Positions 50,281-63,389 of a DNA stretch of 64,000 nt are shown here, one piece after another; position 1 is the first letter of the stretch; the number at the start of each line of letters is the position of its first letter. The DNA is from Camelus dromedarius (taxonomy: Eukaryota), in the NCBI RefSeq assembly GCF_036321535.1, contig NC_087437.1, positions 88,414,001 through 88,478,000 on the forward strand. Reading direction: 5' to 3'. A program made the translations under genes and the position numbers. The notes under the pieces were generated by a model that worked only from the letters and a program-made list of their open reading frames with translations, made no database searches and was not told the DNA's origin.

Positions 50281-52094
50281 CATTCAGAGTGTCCTTTGGA
50301 TCTAAAGCAAAACCTATCACATAATTACCTTTTTTCTTAGGTGAGTGTCTCTAAAGTAGAGTTTAAAAAAACAAAAGAAAGGAGATAATGGAGAAAGTCA
50401 GTGGAGTGGAGTCAACCAAGATGTTAGTAAAGTCCCCAAGACCACTTAATGGACTGCAAATATCCACCATGATTTTATAGTTAGAGTAAACTTAAATATA
50501 TTTCTCCTCCTAGCCCTCTCCAGCTCAGTGAAGGAATAACATAATGTAGTCATTAGATACAATTCCTTAACTCCAGTCTAATGAGGTAGCTGCCTGACAT
50601 TTCAGCTCTCTCATTGTATTCTTTTGATCACTTGCACATTGTCAACAATAACAACTAAAAAGTATAACTCCCTGCATTTTTTTCTACTTGCAAATTTTTG
50701 CTATGTGATTTTCACTGTAAATCAAGTTATTTATCATTAATATATCCTTCCTCTTCCTACATCTTGCCCTGAATGCTGCATCCACGTATTCTATCAAGTA
50801 TTCCAATTTTCTCATTATGCCCCTTCAGTTGCTTGTAATTACAGAATGAAATGAGGAAAAGTACTGTCTTTAGACATCAAATGATTCTACCACCTATGAT
50901 GTAAACACTAACCACCCTTCCCTGGAGGTTCATGGTAATCTTAGACTGTAAGACTTTTTTTGTGTAGGTGGTCCTGAGATATACTGTGCACGTGTGTATG
51001 CCCACACACACATGCTTCCACATATGGTTAGCCCTGGATATGACAGTGAGTGAAAGAGAGAAGATTTTCTGTAAGGGTTTAGGCAATCCAACAATCCAGA
51101 ATTCTATGTCATTAAAGAGTGAAATTACATTTTATAAAGGTACTGACAAGAACTAACAAAATGGGATGAGAAACTTGTATACAAATCAAAAAGCTGTCTG
51201 GCAGTCTTGTTGTAATATGGTCTGTGTCCACTTGAAGGGTTTGGAGTAATGAAACAACACTGGCTGGTTAGATAGCTGATGTATTCTCCTATAGAAAGCA
51301 TTTCCTTAAAGAGCGGATTAAGCTAACATGACTCTTTAGGATAATTAATTTTACCTTTTTTTTTTTTTGTTATTGTAACTAACCAGAATGTCATTCTAGT
51401 TCCAAAAAGTATACCTGGGCATATTGGTATCGTCTCTGTGTTAACTCAGGTAGTACAACGCTCCTGACAATTCCAGGAATCTTTGGCATGACACTCTTGG
51501 CTCTCACGACTGCAGTTCAGCCCAGCAATCTGTTCACTCTTCCAGTACTGCTGCATTTCTTTGAGTCTGTTATTCCAGACCCTATTAGTGGGTCCTCGGG
51601 ATGTTGTCTGCATGCCGACCATCATAAAGATGCTTAGTGTTTGATGTGTTGTCTGTGACATCCCCACTTATATTCAGATGGTGTTGCCTGATGTCCTGGG
51701 CCCCACTTGCTGTACACTGTTCTGCATGCATCCATTTGTGGGTATTATGGCAAACATTCCTTCACTCAGAGAAAGAGTTGTAGATGTGCCAAGTCCCATC
51801 ATCCTCTCCTTGTTTTATGAAGCATGTTGGGACCAGATGGTATTCTAAATAGAGCTTTTAAAAAGAGCCTTTCAGCACGTTGTGTTTTAGGAGATATTTT
51901 CCCCTCTTCTGGTGAATAGGTGATTTCTTATGGGGTGGGGCGTCAGCCCCTTGCTCTCTGTTTTTCTTCTTTTTCTAGACTTCTGAGACATTTTCATAAA
52001 GGGAAGCAAATGAAAATTGTACCTACACCAAACCTCAAAACATAATGAATAAAAAAATTTTATGTTCAAAATACTTTTATGTAATGCTGTCTCT

Positions 52095-52215
52095 TTTTAT
52101 TTTGATTACAACCCTTCATATATGGTAGAAAAATTATCTCCACTTTAAGGTGAAAAATCTGAGAATCAGATTAAATTCCTTGACCGTTATTACAAAGAAA
52201 GTCCATGATGGAGCT
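52095..52215 (-). mobile_element. MIR remnant
   Basis: tacaaccctt...attatctccactttaaggtgaaaaatctgagaatcagattaaattccttgacc. Confidence 0.55.
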
Positions 52216-52660
52216 AATCTGATAATCCCAATTTCACTATTTTATTTCTTACTCTTTCCAGAGTATTTATTAATGGCTTCTATGTCAAGATCCAAATTAT
52301 CACTATTTACCCAAAATAATACAGCAAAGAGGGAGAATACTTAAATTTTCTTCAATTTTATTTTTTCAAACAAAAACAAGATAGATGTAAGAATTTATAA
52401 CTTATTAATGATGAGGAAATAATGAATGACCTGCCCATCAGTTCCCAATACTTGATGAAGATTAGGAAAGAAAAACAAAATGTGAATAAAGAGTTCTACC
52501 ACAACTATATATAGCTCGCACTATGCATCCCATGGAAAATACTTGTCTACAACCATTCTTGTTCATTTGGTGGGTTCTCTTTTCAAAACAAGTATCAAAT
52601 TAACTTCCTTAATCATTACATCATTTGATTACAATCTTATTGATGGACTTTTAGATACTG

Positions 52661-53160
52661 ATTTTTTAAAATTTATTTTTATTAGAGTACAGTAAGTTAC
52701 AGTGTGTCAATTTCTGGTGTACAGCACAATGTCCTAGTCATGCATATACATACATATATTTGTTTTCATATTCTTTTTCATTAAAGGTTATTATGAGATA
52801 TTGAGTGTAGTTCCCTGTGCTATACAGAAGCTTGTTTTTTTTTAATTTAGTTTTATATATAGTGGCTAACATTTGCAAATCTCAAACTCCCATATTTATC
52901 CCTTCTCACCCTCTTTCCCAGTAACCATAAGATTTTTTACTATATGTGCAAGTCTTTTCATTTTGTAGATGAGTTCATAGTTTCCCTTCCCCTCCTTTTT
53001 TCTTAGATTACACATATGAATGATATCATATGGTATTTTTCTTTCTTTTTCTGGCTTACTTTATTTTGAATGACGATCTCTAGGTCCATCCATAATGCTG
53101 CAAATGGCATTATTTGACTCTTTTTATGGCTGAGTAGTATTCCATTGTATAAATATACCA
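52661..53160 (-). mobile_element. Lineage-specific L1 3' end
   Basis: gtgtcaatttctggtgtacagcacaatg...gttccctgtgctatacag...atggctgagtagtattccattgtataaatatacca (antisense ORF2 end + 3' UTR). Confidence 0.9.
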
Positions 53161-53945
53161 GATGTCAATTTTTAATCTATTTGGTAAATTTTTTTATTTC
53201 CCTCCCCAGACTGTTTCATGCTACCAGTTTTATTTTTGTTCTCTATGTAAGGAATCCATATATCTTCTCATGACCATGGATGTTAAAAAGGCTTATGCCA
53301 ATACCTGTGAGACCCACAAACTCTCTTTGCTTTCATTGGATTTAACTAAAATGATTACAATTTTTTTTTCCAGTCCACCCTCAGGAAGAATAAGCAAATT
53401 CTGTACTTAAAACCCTAAATATAAAACAAAAATACAATAATGTATTTTTACAAACCCAACCTTAATTAACTGAGTGTAATAAAATATCATGGAAGGGTAA
53501 TCATTATACAATAGACATTAAAAATTCCACTGAATATTCACAAAAAGTAACTAAGGAGATTGTTACAAGAGTAAGTAAAAATTTCTAGAAAAGTTTTAGG
53601 AACATTTTACATTTTTTTCAGTGAGTTTATATTGTCATCATATTCTGTTTAACATAAAATTCTGCTTTTTAACTGAATATTGTACATGTCTTGAAATTTT
53701 CTAGTTTCAAGGAATATATGAAAAGTTATTTTAAGTGGAGAAAACAAAGTACCTGAGAAGAGTTTCCTATTTTCAAATTTAAAATTGAGGATTCATTTTG
53801 AGGGATCCAAATTAGGCCATATCTGGGAATAATTATCTGGAATGCAAGTTTGCCTTAATTATTTTCCCACCTTTAAGTTTATTTTCTTCCTCATTTTAAA
53901 AGCTCTCCTAACTACAAATATCAGAACTGTCAATCCCTCTGATTC

Positions 53946-53959
53946 CCTCTAGGTGGCAC
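53946..53959 (+). promoter_or_regulatory. Candidate CTCF core motif
   Basis: cctctaggtggcac fits CC(R)SYAGRKGGCRS with one tolerated deviation; motif match only. Confidence 0.35.
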
Positions 53960-55029
53960 ACTACCAAGGACAAAGCCTAATAGACTGTGACCCTATGCTT
54001 CAATCCTGTATTTCCTTTTCAGCCAAAATTAAGATCAATTTTTGTTGTCATTTTTTGTTAAAGCAGAAAGCTATATTTTAAAGCTGTGGGTAAAGGACAC
54101 AGTCAGTGTTAAAACCCAGTAACATGTAGTTCCATGGGACAAGGTCTAAACTAAAACTCAATTTCTCATAGCATAGTTGCAACATTGGCACTTCGCTCCC
54201 CCTCAACTTACATTTTTCTAGACCTGTTTCCAGTTTTCTCACTGCAGGTCTCCCTGTAACAGTCTTAAATAAGGGTCATCCTACGATTACTTGGCAGCAG
54301 GAAGAGACAACCATAATTACTCCTATGATTGGTTGATACATATTTATTTACTTCTCTAACACACGTACATAAATATTTGGGGTTTTGTTCAGTGGATTCA
54401 TACACTTAATCAACAAATTTTATTGTGGACTTGCAGCATTCTAGTCTCTGGGGAGCTTACAGTCTAGTGAGTTTCATGATAACGAATGAATTCCTACATT
54501 TCATTTATCTTATGTTTCATATAATAGACATACACTGCTGAGGCACTGGCTAAATGTATACACTCCTGGTATGCCAGGTGATCTTCCATGTGGCATTTGC
54601 AATTTGCGGCTCTGCCAACCCCTATTTCTAGGGGTCCACTGCATGTTCCCAGGCAGATAGAAAAAAAATGGAACATGTAAAACCCCATTAGGTGCTTCTA
54701 GCTCATACCCTGGATGTGATGCACATTATTTCTGTCATATTCACTTGGCAAAAACAGTTGCATGCCAGGAATGCTGGGAAATGAGAAATCAACTCACCAA
54801 GACAACTTATCTCAGAAAAATGGCAAGTCATCAGCAGGTATCAATATAGTGGTAAGGATTAGATTAGATGATTTGAAAATAGAAACAATTATGAAACATA
54901 TTAGAAATAAATTATGGCAGAATTCAATCAAAGGTATTAATGATGTAATCTTAAGATGTGAAATTTACTGCCTTCCAAAATTGTCAGTGTTTTCTTCATC
55001 TTTAATTCCTCGTCTCGTCAGGGCATGTA

Positions 55030-55450
55030 TTTGTGAAGATTTTAGGGTTACAAGCGAAATCATCTAAAACTTGCTTTAAAACAAGAAGGAAAACTTTTGA
55101 GAATTTAGGAGTGTGTTTCAAAACCCAAGAACAGAAACATAGCTGTGTGGGAAAGGCACTGAAACCAAGGACAGATAAATTCTGAGGGCAGTAACGGTCC
55201 CTTGTTGCTATTGTTTTCAGTTGCTAATGTTACATCTCCATCACTTTGTCTCTGGAGACCATCTCTCAACTTCCTCCACAGGCAGTTGCAAGTTGCTTAT
55301 GCTGTAGTTCTCAAGACTGTGCCTCCTACATTCTGGAATAATGGCTGAGTTAGGCTCTCTTCGTCTTTAATTAGATTTCTAAAAAAAGCACCTGATTGGT
55401 CCCACTGGGATCAGTTTTCTACCCCTAGACTAAACCACTGTAGGAAGACA
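55030..55450 (-). mobile_element. Degraded old MaLR LTR (MLT1J/K-like)
   Basis: ggttacaagcgaaatcatctaaaacttgctttaaaacaagaagg...ctgattggtcccactgggatcag...cccctagactaaaccactgt. Confidence 0.45.
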
Positions 55451-55619
55451 CACAGTATAAATCTAAGCTGAGTTATTTATATCTGCAGCGTACTTTGGTG
55501 ATCTTTGCCTTATGGGCAACAGCTCAAGTAAAGAACAAAAAAGCTTGCAATTATCAGTATAGAAACTAGATCAATGTATCTGAATTAGGAGGTGCGAAGA
55601 TGAAAGTAGGAATAGATGA

Positions 55620-55815
55620 AAATGAGACAGATGGGTTAGAGGTGATTGTAAAGAGACTTGGAATGCCAGTCAGTTAAGGCATGGTGGCATGATCAGAGTG
55701 ATCATTTGGAAAGATCATTCCAAAAGCACTGTAGAAGCTGACTGGGAATGAAAATGTATTCTGAAATTGTGCTCAGTAATTGTCCTGGTTGGAGGTGTTT
55801 AGGGGCAAACTAGGA
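55620..55815 (-). mobile_element. L2 fragment
   Basis: ggcatgatcagagtgatcatttggaaagatcattcc. Confidence 0.5.
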
Positions 55816-57136
55816 CTATTTAAAACATAATAATCAGAATATGATAACTCAATGCAGTTTTCCTGCCCTTTTTTACCTTTTAGTTATAAGTTAAACGGAT
55901 TATTGTCATTTTTGGAGGTTTACTTAACCACATTATGTTAATTACAATATTTTTTTAAAAAAATACACACCGTGAACAATATTTCAATATATTTGTTGGT
56001 TATTTTAGTGAATAAAATATTTTCCGTAACAATTTTTACAACACAAGAGTTTACCTTATTGAATGGATCTTCTTTACCTAAACTTTCATTGGTTTACTTT
56101 GTGACATTTCTAGGACATTCAAGATTCATTTCATAGTTTTAAATTTAAAAGTTTAGGCACCACAGGAATATGTAAATAAGTGATATGTTTAAATCTCAAA
56201 AAGCCCAAATACATAAAATTCATATACATTTCTGGTATTTTGCTAAGGTAGAGTGTTATTTCTCAATAGGCATAATAAAACTACAATAGAGATAACACTG
56301 CCAAAATATTTAACCTATATGCTTTTAATTCCTTATAAACCTTGTTTTTCTTCAGCTCTTCCACCATTAAGGCTAAACCATAAAATTTGCCTCAAGGAAG
56401 AATGCAAATACTCCTTAAGAAAAAGGAGTCCTAGAGCAGCCCTCAGTCTCAAACTTACCCCCTTGAATCTACAGTATACATATTTTTCCAAATTTAAAGT
56501 CTCCCTTTCCATGTTAAGATTAGAACTGACTGACTCCTCACCTTGAGATCATATATTAGGTTGTATAGGAGAGATGAAGAAAGTCAAGACATGATGTAGA
56601 GGAACCCAAATCAGAAGAAGCTGAGGACACCATGGTCTCTGCCCTAGAAAGGAGAGATCTTAGAATTAAATATAGAGAAAAGAAGAAGGCACGTGGCAAG
56701 ACAGGACAGGGACACATGGGAGAGAGGGGTTCATTTTATTCTCCCTTCACCTGGATTAAATGAAGATGTGAAAGAGAAGAAAGCAGGAGAAACTCAAGAT
56801 AAATCAAGTTAGAAGTAAGGATTCTTTTGTTCTCTTTTCACTTCTGAGCTCTGAGAGGACACAGGCTCATGGGAGTGGTGAGGGATATACCGTATTGGGA
56901 GACCTTCAGCTAAATAGAAATGAGAGACCATGAAGAGGAGGGCTAGGGGCTGTACCCCTGAGTTTCCCTGAGTCTGTGTGAAAGTCAGGAGTTCTGGCGT
57001 GCTCTCTTTAGGAAATGTGAAAGAAAGCTGAGAGTGAAAATCAGGGGGCCTGCCTTGGGGTGACCATGGTGAACAGAGCAATGGCATGAGGATGCAGACA
57101 GATGAAGGACATAGCTGAGACCTAGCAGTTCTGAGG

Positions 57137-57344
57137 CAGTGTTGTGCTTGAAAATGATGACCAAAACAGGTTCTCCAAACAAACAAACAGCAACAAAAAC
57201 CCACCGCAATTTGCTATGTTTGTTGATATCTGGGCTATAAGTGCTCCCAGCATGATTTCAAATCATGGGAGGTCCAGTAGCAAGACAGGAAAATACATAC
57301 ACAATTGGCTGAACCAGCTGATACAAGCCTACTCCAGGCCACTG
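57137..57344. mobile_element. MER63A-like hAT MITE (~210 bp)
   Basis: Termini cagtgttgtgct ... agctgatacaagcctactccaggccactg; related to the 40759-41148 element. Confidence 0.65.
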
Positions 57345-58383
57345 AAACATCTTGGAGGGCCCCTCCCATCCTGCGCCCCTCTTATGCATATTTAAGGTAG
57401 ACCAAAAACAAATCAAGGAGAGCTGCAAGTTTTCTGTGAGTTTTGTGGGTAGGATGAGGCCCCATGTCACAGAAAGAAAATGGATTCAAAAAAAGATGGA
57501 AAGCATTCATCAGGGTTGGGAACCAGCAATTCTTCTACCTTGGACTTTTTCAACCAGTGATGCTAATTTGTTACCAGTATAAGATACTTACCATCTGAGT
57601 CTTTGAAGGCAGCAAGCAGGGCTGGGTGGGCCCTGGCTACTGTCTCTAGCCTCTGGATGCCCAGGGGCCATGAGATACTATTTCTATTTCTGGCACCAGG
57701 TGAGGAAGGATAGAAGGTTCTCTTCTACTGGATTTGTTATTCTCATAGCCCAGCTCCATGGAGGTCTGCCTTGGTTGTCAGGCAGGGTGTGGTTCAGGGA
57801 GTAATGCCCATGGGGTTCTCTGCAGCCTGTGGTAACCAGCAGGGTCAGGCAATCTGAAAAATCTCAGCTGAGGCCTCTGGGGCCACTGAGGGTCTGCCAA
57901 TGGCTGTGATGTTCTTCGTCACTTTGTTCCTGGAGACAATGAATCAGGTGGTAGCAGTGCTGATGGGGGACCTTAGACCTGGCCCAGATCTCCATGGGAG
58001 ATGGGAGATGGTGGTGGTTTTAATTCCAGTAGAATGTAGAATTTTTAATCATCAGAACCTTACTTTATACAGTTGGAGACAAAAAAGTGCACCAGAGTTT
58101 CTGCCCTTTGGACAGAAAGACAGAGTTATCTTCAAGATGCTTAGATGCATGCAAAATTATTTGGAGGCCTTGAATCAATGTTAATGAAAGCCAGACTTGA
58201 GAAGACATTATCAAAAATACAAAACACTGGAGGCAATAGATGAAGACCAGGAAAGCTCATTACCTGGACTTAAAATGGAGGCTTTTAGACAAAGGACTGA
58301 AAGGAAAGGAATTTAAATTATTAGAACAAGTTGTGCTGATGGTAAATGGAACAGAAAACATGCATTCTTTAAAAGATGCTTCA

Positions 58384-58728
58384 TATGAGATCGCTCATAT
58401 GTGGAATCTTAAAAAACAACAACAACAAACAAACATAAATACAAAACAGAAACAGACTCATAGACATAGAATACAAACTTGTGGTTGCCAAGGGGGTGGG
58501 GGGTGGGAAAGGACAGACTGGGATTTCAAAATGTAGAATAGATAAACAAGATTATACTGTATAGCACAGGGAAATATATACAAGATCTTGTGGTAGCTCA
58601 CAGTGAAAAAAATGTGACAATGAATATATGTATGTTCATGTATAACTGAAAAATTGTGCTCTACACTGGAATTTGACACAACATTGTAAAATGACTATAA
58701 CTCAATAAAAAAATGTTAAAAATAAAAT
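58384..58728 (+). mobile_element. Young lineage-specific L1 3' end with intact TSD
   Basis: Nearly identical to 30773-31100; TSD aaaagatgcttca at 58371-58383 and 58729-58741; canonical TTT|AAAA endonuclease site. Confidence 0.95.
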
Positions 58729-59107
58729 AAAAGATGCTTCAAAACACTTCCCATTTCAAGTAGATGCAACCAAAACAGTCTTCAAACTACATCAGAAGAA
58801 TGAAGAAGAGTTCAGACAGCACTGAAAAAATACTTTAGATGAAATTTCCAGTCTTTAGGGAAGGATACAGCTGCTTTCACAAGAAGCAAAAGGTTGGAAA
58901 AGAAGAGTGAGTGAACTTAAAGTGGTATGGAACAAGTTCTAAAGGACAAGGCCAGACAAGGTCTCTGAGCGAACACTTGCTGTTCTTGGAGAAGACATGG
59001 TGGATGGTGAGAACATGGAATCCAATACATATGACAAATGAATCAAAACAGAAACACCTCTTAGGAGACACTTTAAAGAAACCAACTCAGTGAGGCTGAG
59101 TGAATAC

Positions 59108-59547
59108 TATAGGAGGCTGAATAATGGTCCCCCAATGGTGTCTACATCCTAGTCCCTGGAACCTATGAATATGTTACCTTTCATGGTAAAAAATGATTTT
59201 GAAGATGTGATTAAATTAAGGAACATGAGACAGGAAGAGTATCCTGGATTATTCAGGTAGGAACAATGTAATCATGAGAGGAGAGGCAGGAGGTTCAGGA
59301 TCAGAGGTTAGCATGGCCACAGTCAAGGAATGTGGGCAGCCTCTAAAAGCTGGAAAAAATAAATGAATTCTCCCTGAGGGCCTCCAGAAAGAATGCAGCC
59401 CTGCTGATAGATATGCTGACAGATATGCTGATTTTAGCTTAAACTGATTTTGGACATCTGATGTCCAGAACTGCAAGGTAATAAACTTGTGTTTTAAGCC
59501 ACTAAGTTTGTGGTAATTTGTTGTAGCTGCACTAAGAAACAAATACA
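59108..59547 (+). mobile_element. MaLR solo LTR (MLT1D-like)
   Basis: ggctgaataatggtccccc...ctacatcctagtccctggaacctatgaatatgttacc...gttttaagccactaagtttgtggtaatttgtt...gaaacaaataca. Confidence 0.88.
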
Positions 59548-59660
59548 CTTGCTTAAGAACTCTTAGAGGAAAATTAAAGTGGATGTGTACTAAATTAGCT
59601 GAAAGCTTAATCAATATACTTTGAGATCACATTAAAATTCTCCAAAGTGAGAAAACTGCT

Positions 59661-59750
59661 GAAGAAAGCAAGCAAGCAAGGAAGGAAGGAAGGAAGGAAG
59701 GAAGGAAGGAAGGAAGAAAGCAAGCAAGAAAGCAAGCAAGAAAGAAAGGA

Positions 59751-59830
<80 letters not shown>
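59661..59830. repeat. Compound tetranucleotide microsatellite (AAGC)n(AAGG)n(AAGC)n(GAAA)n
   Basis: Direct reading. Confidence 0.97.
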
Positions 59831-61166
59831 CAAAAGTTCTAAGAAAAACCCCAGTCCTTTCTGGAACTGAATTGAGAAAAAGAAATACATTTTTACTAGA
59901 GATTAAATTTAGAAGAAATTATCACAAAAAAAAGGAGAGCATTTCCAAAGCAACTGAATAGATCAGCCAAGAATGTGAAAAGTTGGGCACCTATAAAATA
60001 CAAGTCAATAATTTCCCAGAAAAATTGAAAATAATCACTGAAAATGATCAATGCCAGCCTGATTCCTGTGAGAGAAGCTCAAAACAACAGGTTGAGAATG
60101 CTGATGGTTAAGAGAAACTTTGATAATTTAATGGGAATAAAAACCAAATAAGACAATTCTTAATTTAAATGTGAATGTTTCTATGTGTATTCTTCTGTCC
60201 CAGGTGTCTCCCAGACATTCTCAGAGTGATATTGGCAGAAGGGTTGAGGGGATCACCAGGAACCCTCTGGATGAAGGGATTCCTGAGGGAGGAGGGAAAT
60301 CTGGCTGGCAGGGGCATCCAGGCTTTGGTGCCCAGAATAAAACAGATGCCACCTAATGGGGACCATGACCCTAGGAGGAGAATCTTTCCAACAGGCCAAC
60401 TCCATTCTAATGCATCATATCCTCCACAGGACAGAGCTTGAAGGATGCTCCTTGCACTGGAAGATTCTTTGGACCTTCTTTTAATTCAGTTATCCCTCCA
60501 GAATGGCCCAAACTCTGGTGCTTAATATCATCCTCCAGTTAGAGGTTGTTTGTTACAGAAGGGTCCCTGTTGAGAGGATCCCTGCCCTTCCGCCTCTTCT
60601 GGAAAGCAAAGGCAAACCTCTCTATGAAGGGACTTCCCTAGCTGATCACATCCTTACTGGCAATAAGAAATATTGCTCTACCAAGCACTGAATTTGGACT
60701 TGTGTCTACATGGTCTGCAAACAGATGTCAATCACTCTCCGTGTCATCCATCCTAATGATTCTGCTTCTAGAACCATAGCAAGATGTTTCCTTTTTCGTA
60801 TTTTTTTTTCCTGTTTTCACTTTATTGCTATTAGTAAAGTGTCATTTGCTCAAACAGAAGATTGATAGAATTATAATTTGTAGGATAATTTTTATCATTA
60901 TAGATAATTTCATTGTGAAGCATGTGATTTAATTACTTCTACTTCGTTCTATTTGCTTTTTGTGTATTTCCAGCATTTTTGTTGATAACGTGCATTAAAA
61001 TAATCCACATGCACAGCAAAAATCTGTTTTGTTATTCTCTTAAAATAATTTAGAATGCTTTCTGTTTTAGCTTTCTTGCGATTATTTAAGTGCGACTTAA
61101 ATAATTAGCATAAAATGGAAATATCACAGGATTATAATTCTTAGAGTAGTTTTTTTCATAAGTGTG

Positions 61167-61206
61167 CATTATATAAAGATAAATCTCATTATATAAAGAT
61201 AAATCT
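61167..61206. repeat. Perfect 20-bp tandem duplication (cattatataaagataaatct x2)
   Basis: Direct reading. Confidence 0.9.
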
Positions 61207-61929
61207 TATTAGTGATTCGTTTCCAGTTTATTTGGTTTCTAGATGGTTTAAGCACAGTTTTTTTGGTGTTGCTATTTAACAACTTTTTCTTGATCCACAA
61301 GCTGATGAATTTTGGTCTTTCTTTCTGAATATGAATTTTTCATTTCATTTTCTGCTATAGTTAAGTGATTGTACAATTGCTCAAATGGGAGCACAGTCAA
61401 AATTATAATCCCCAGGATAGTGTTTTATAAATGTGGTTTATTTAAAAGTGAATTCATGAGTAAATTGTTTTCTTTTCTTTAATTTTATGAGAGTGTAGGG
61501 ATAGTATTTCATTGTTGAGGTTTAACAACTTCCTAATAATAAGAACAGCAGGAAGGGTGTTACATGATCAGTCTCACGTTTGGAGTCATTTGAAATTTAA
61601 AAGCTCTGTCTGTGTGCTAAGTACTGAATTTACTCTAGTTATAAAGCTAATATATTTACTTAAATAAGTTTTATTTTAAAGAAAAAACTCTTTGATGAAT
61701 CCTATTGTATTTAGCCTAAAACCCAAACCCTTTACCATAAGCTTCAGTAAGAGACAGGTTCCCATGGGATGATTTTATGGGTAAATGTGAAGCCAAGACT
61801 GTGACAGAGATTAAAAAACGAATCAAAACAAAACAACAACAACTGCCCCACCAAGAAGAACAGAGCCAAGGGAAGCACAGGGAGGTGGAAGTGGGCTATT
61901 AGTTTAAGTTGGTCCTGAAGCCCACTCTT

Positions 61930-62028
61930 TGTCTGTATTTCCAGTTATATAAGTCAGTGCAGTTCCTTTGTGTTTGAGCTGGTTTGAACAGGGTATTTTG
62001 TTACCTGCCATCAATTTCATACTGATTG
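61930..62028 (+). mobile_element. Old MaLR LTR 3' end
   Basis: ttccagttatataagtcagtgcagttccttt...gagctggtttgaacagggtattttgttacctgc. Confidence 0.5.
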
Positions 62029-62190
62029 CTGCTCTCCTAATCGTGTTTTAAGCTAAATCAACATTAAATATGTTGTTTTAGGTATTTCAATAAGATCGAA
62101 ATTCCTGTATGGACTTGTGTAATACATTTGCTCTCAAATAAAATTCTTTCATAATAACACTTCATATTCCAAATCTGGTAGGTGACTTGA

Positions 62191-62618
62191 TGTATCAGCC
62201 AGAATTCCCTTCAGGAATGAAAGCTTTAACTCCCTACCCTGCCGTATCTGCTTAGAGTTCCCCCTGCAGTCCCCGTGGGATGCCCTCAGCTCAGAAGATC
62301 CACCTCACATAGCTCACGTTATGCCCTCCTTCCCAGGACAGCCCACATCCAATAACTGACTGAAGTGGTAAAGTGCCGGCCCCCCTTCTCTAATTCAGAC
62401 CAACTCTGAAGGGTCATCTAAACTTCAGAGCCCCCGGTTGGTTTGGCTGAGGCTTCTGTTTAGACTACATCAGAATTCAGGCTCTGTGTCTACGGATGCA
62501 GCCTGCACACAGGTCCCGCCCCTTTGCTTCCTCAGGTGAGAAACCCAACAGCAGTCTGCCGTAAACTTTCTACTCTCAGTGCAAGAGTGTTTCCCAGGGA
62601 ACTTGACCTGAAGTACAG
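62191..62618 (+). mobile_element. ERVL solo LTR (LTR16-like)
   Basis: ttcccaggacagcccacatccaataactgactg...caactctgaagggtcatc...ttggctgaggcttctgtt...gagtgtttcccagggaacttgacctgaag. Confidence 0.75.
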
Positions 62619-62980
62619 GATAACAGTTTCACAGAATCAAAAATGGTTACATGGAGGATTAACCTCCTCCCCTACAAAATACTGGCAAAGCAGAATATCA
62701 TTTGAAAAAATCTGAATTCTTGCATTGTTGATTAAATTGCAAGTCACTGAAAAGAATGCCTGCTTGCCCTTCCCTGAGGACTCCTCGAAACACTGTTGTA
62801 TTTGTTAAGAGGTTGTCGTCACAGGGAAGTGTTTAAAGAATTGTACAACTTTATTTCCATTTACTGAAATTAAAAAAGGGGGGATTGATCTTTTATCTTT
62901 TAACACAATCAATTTTAGATTACCATTATTTTTATTTTTTGGCTTTATATATATGTTGATATATATAAATTCAATACATA

Positions 62981-63389
62981 TATATTGAAGTATAGTCAGT
63001 TTACAATGTTGTATCAATTTCTGGTATACAGCACAATGCTTTAATCATACATGAACATATATATATTCGTTTTCATATTCTTTTTCACTGTAAGTTGCTA
63101 CAAGATATTGAATATAGTTCCCTGTACTATACAGTATTAACTTGTTGTTTATCTATTTTATATATAGTAGTTAGTATCTGCAAATCTCGAACTCCCAATT
63201 TATTCCTTCTCATCCCCTTTTCCCCTCTGATAACCATAAGCTTGTTTTCTATGTGAGTCTGTTTCTGTTTTGTAAATAAATTTGTTTGTCTTTTTTTTTT
63301 TTTTTTAGATTCCACATATGAGTGATCTCATATGGTTATTTTTCTTTCTCTTTCTGGTGTGCTTCACTTAGAATGACAATCTCCAGGTC
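62981..63389 (-). mobile_element. Lineage-specific L1 3' end
   Basis: tattgaagtatagtcagtttacaatgttgtatcaatttctgg...ttagattccacatatgagtgat...cacttagaatgacaatctccaggtc; close to the 25251-25678 copy. Confidence 0.9.

Noticed and set aside
59627..59961. K/E/R-rich and F/L/S-rich ORFs
   Set aside because: Translations of the GAAA/AAGG microsatellite.
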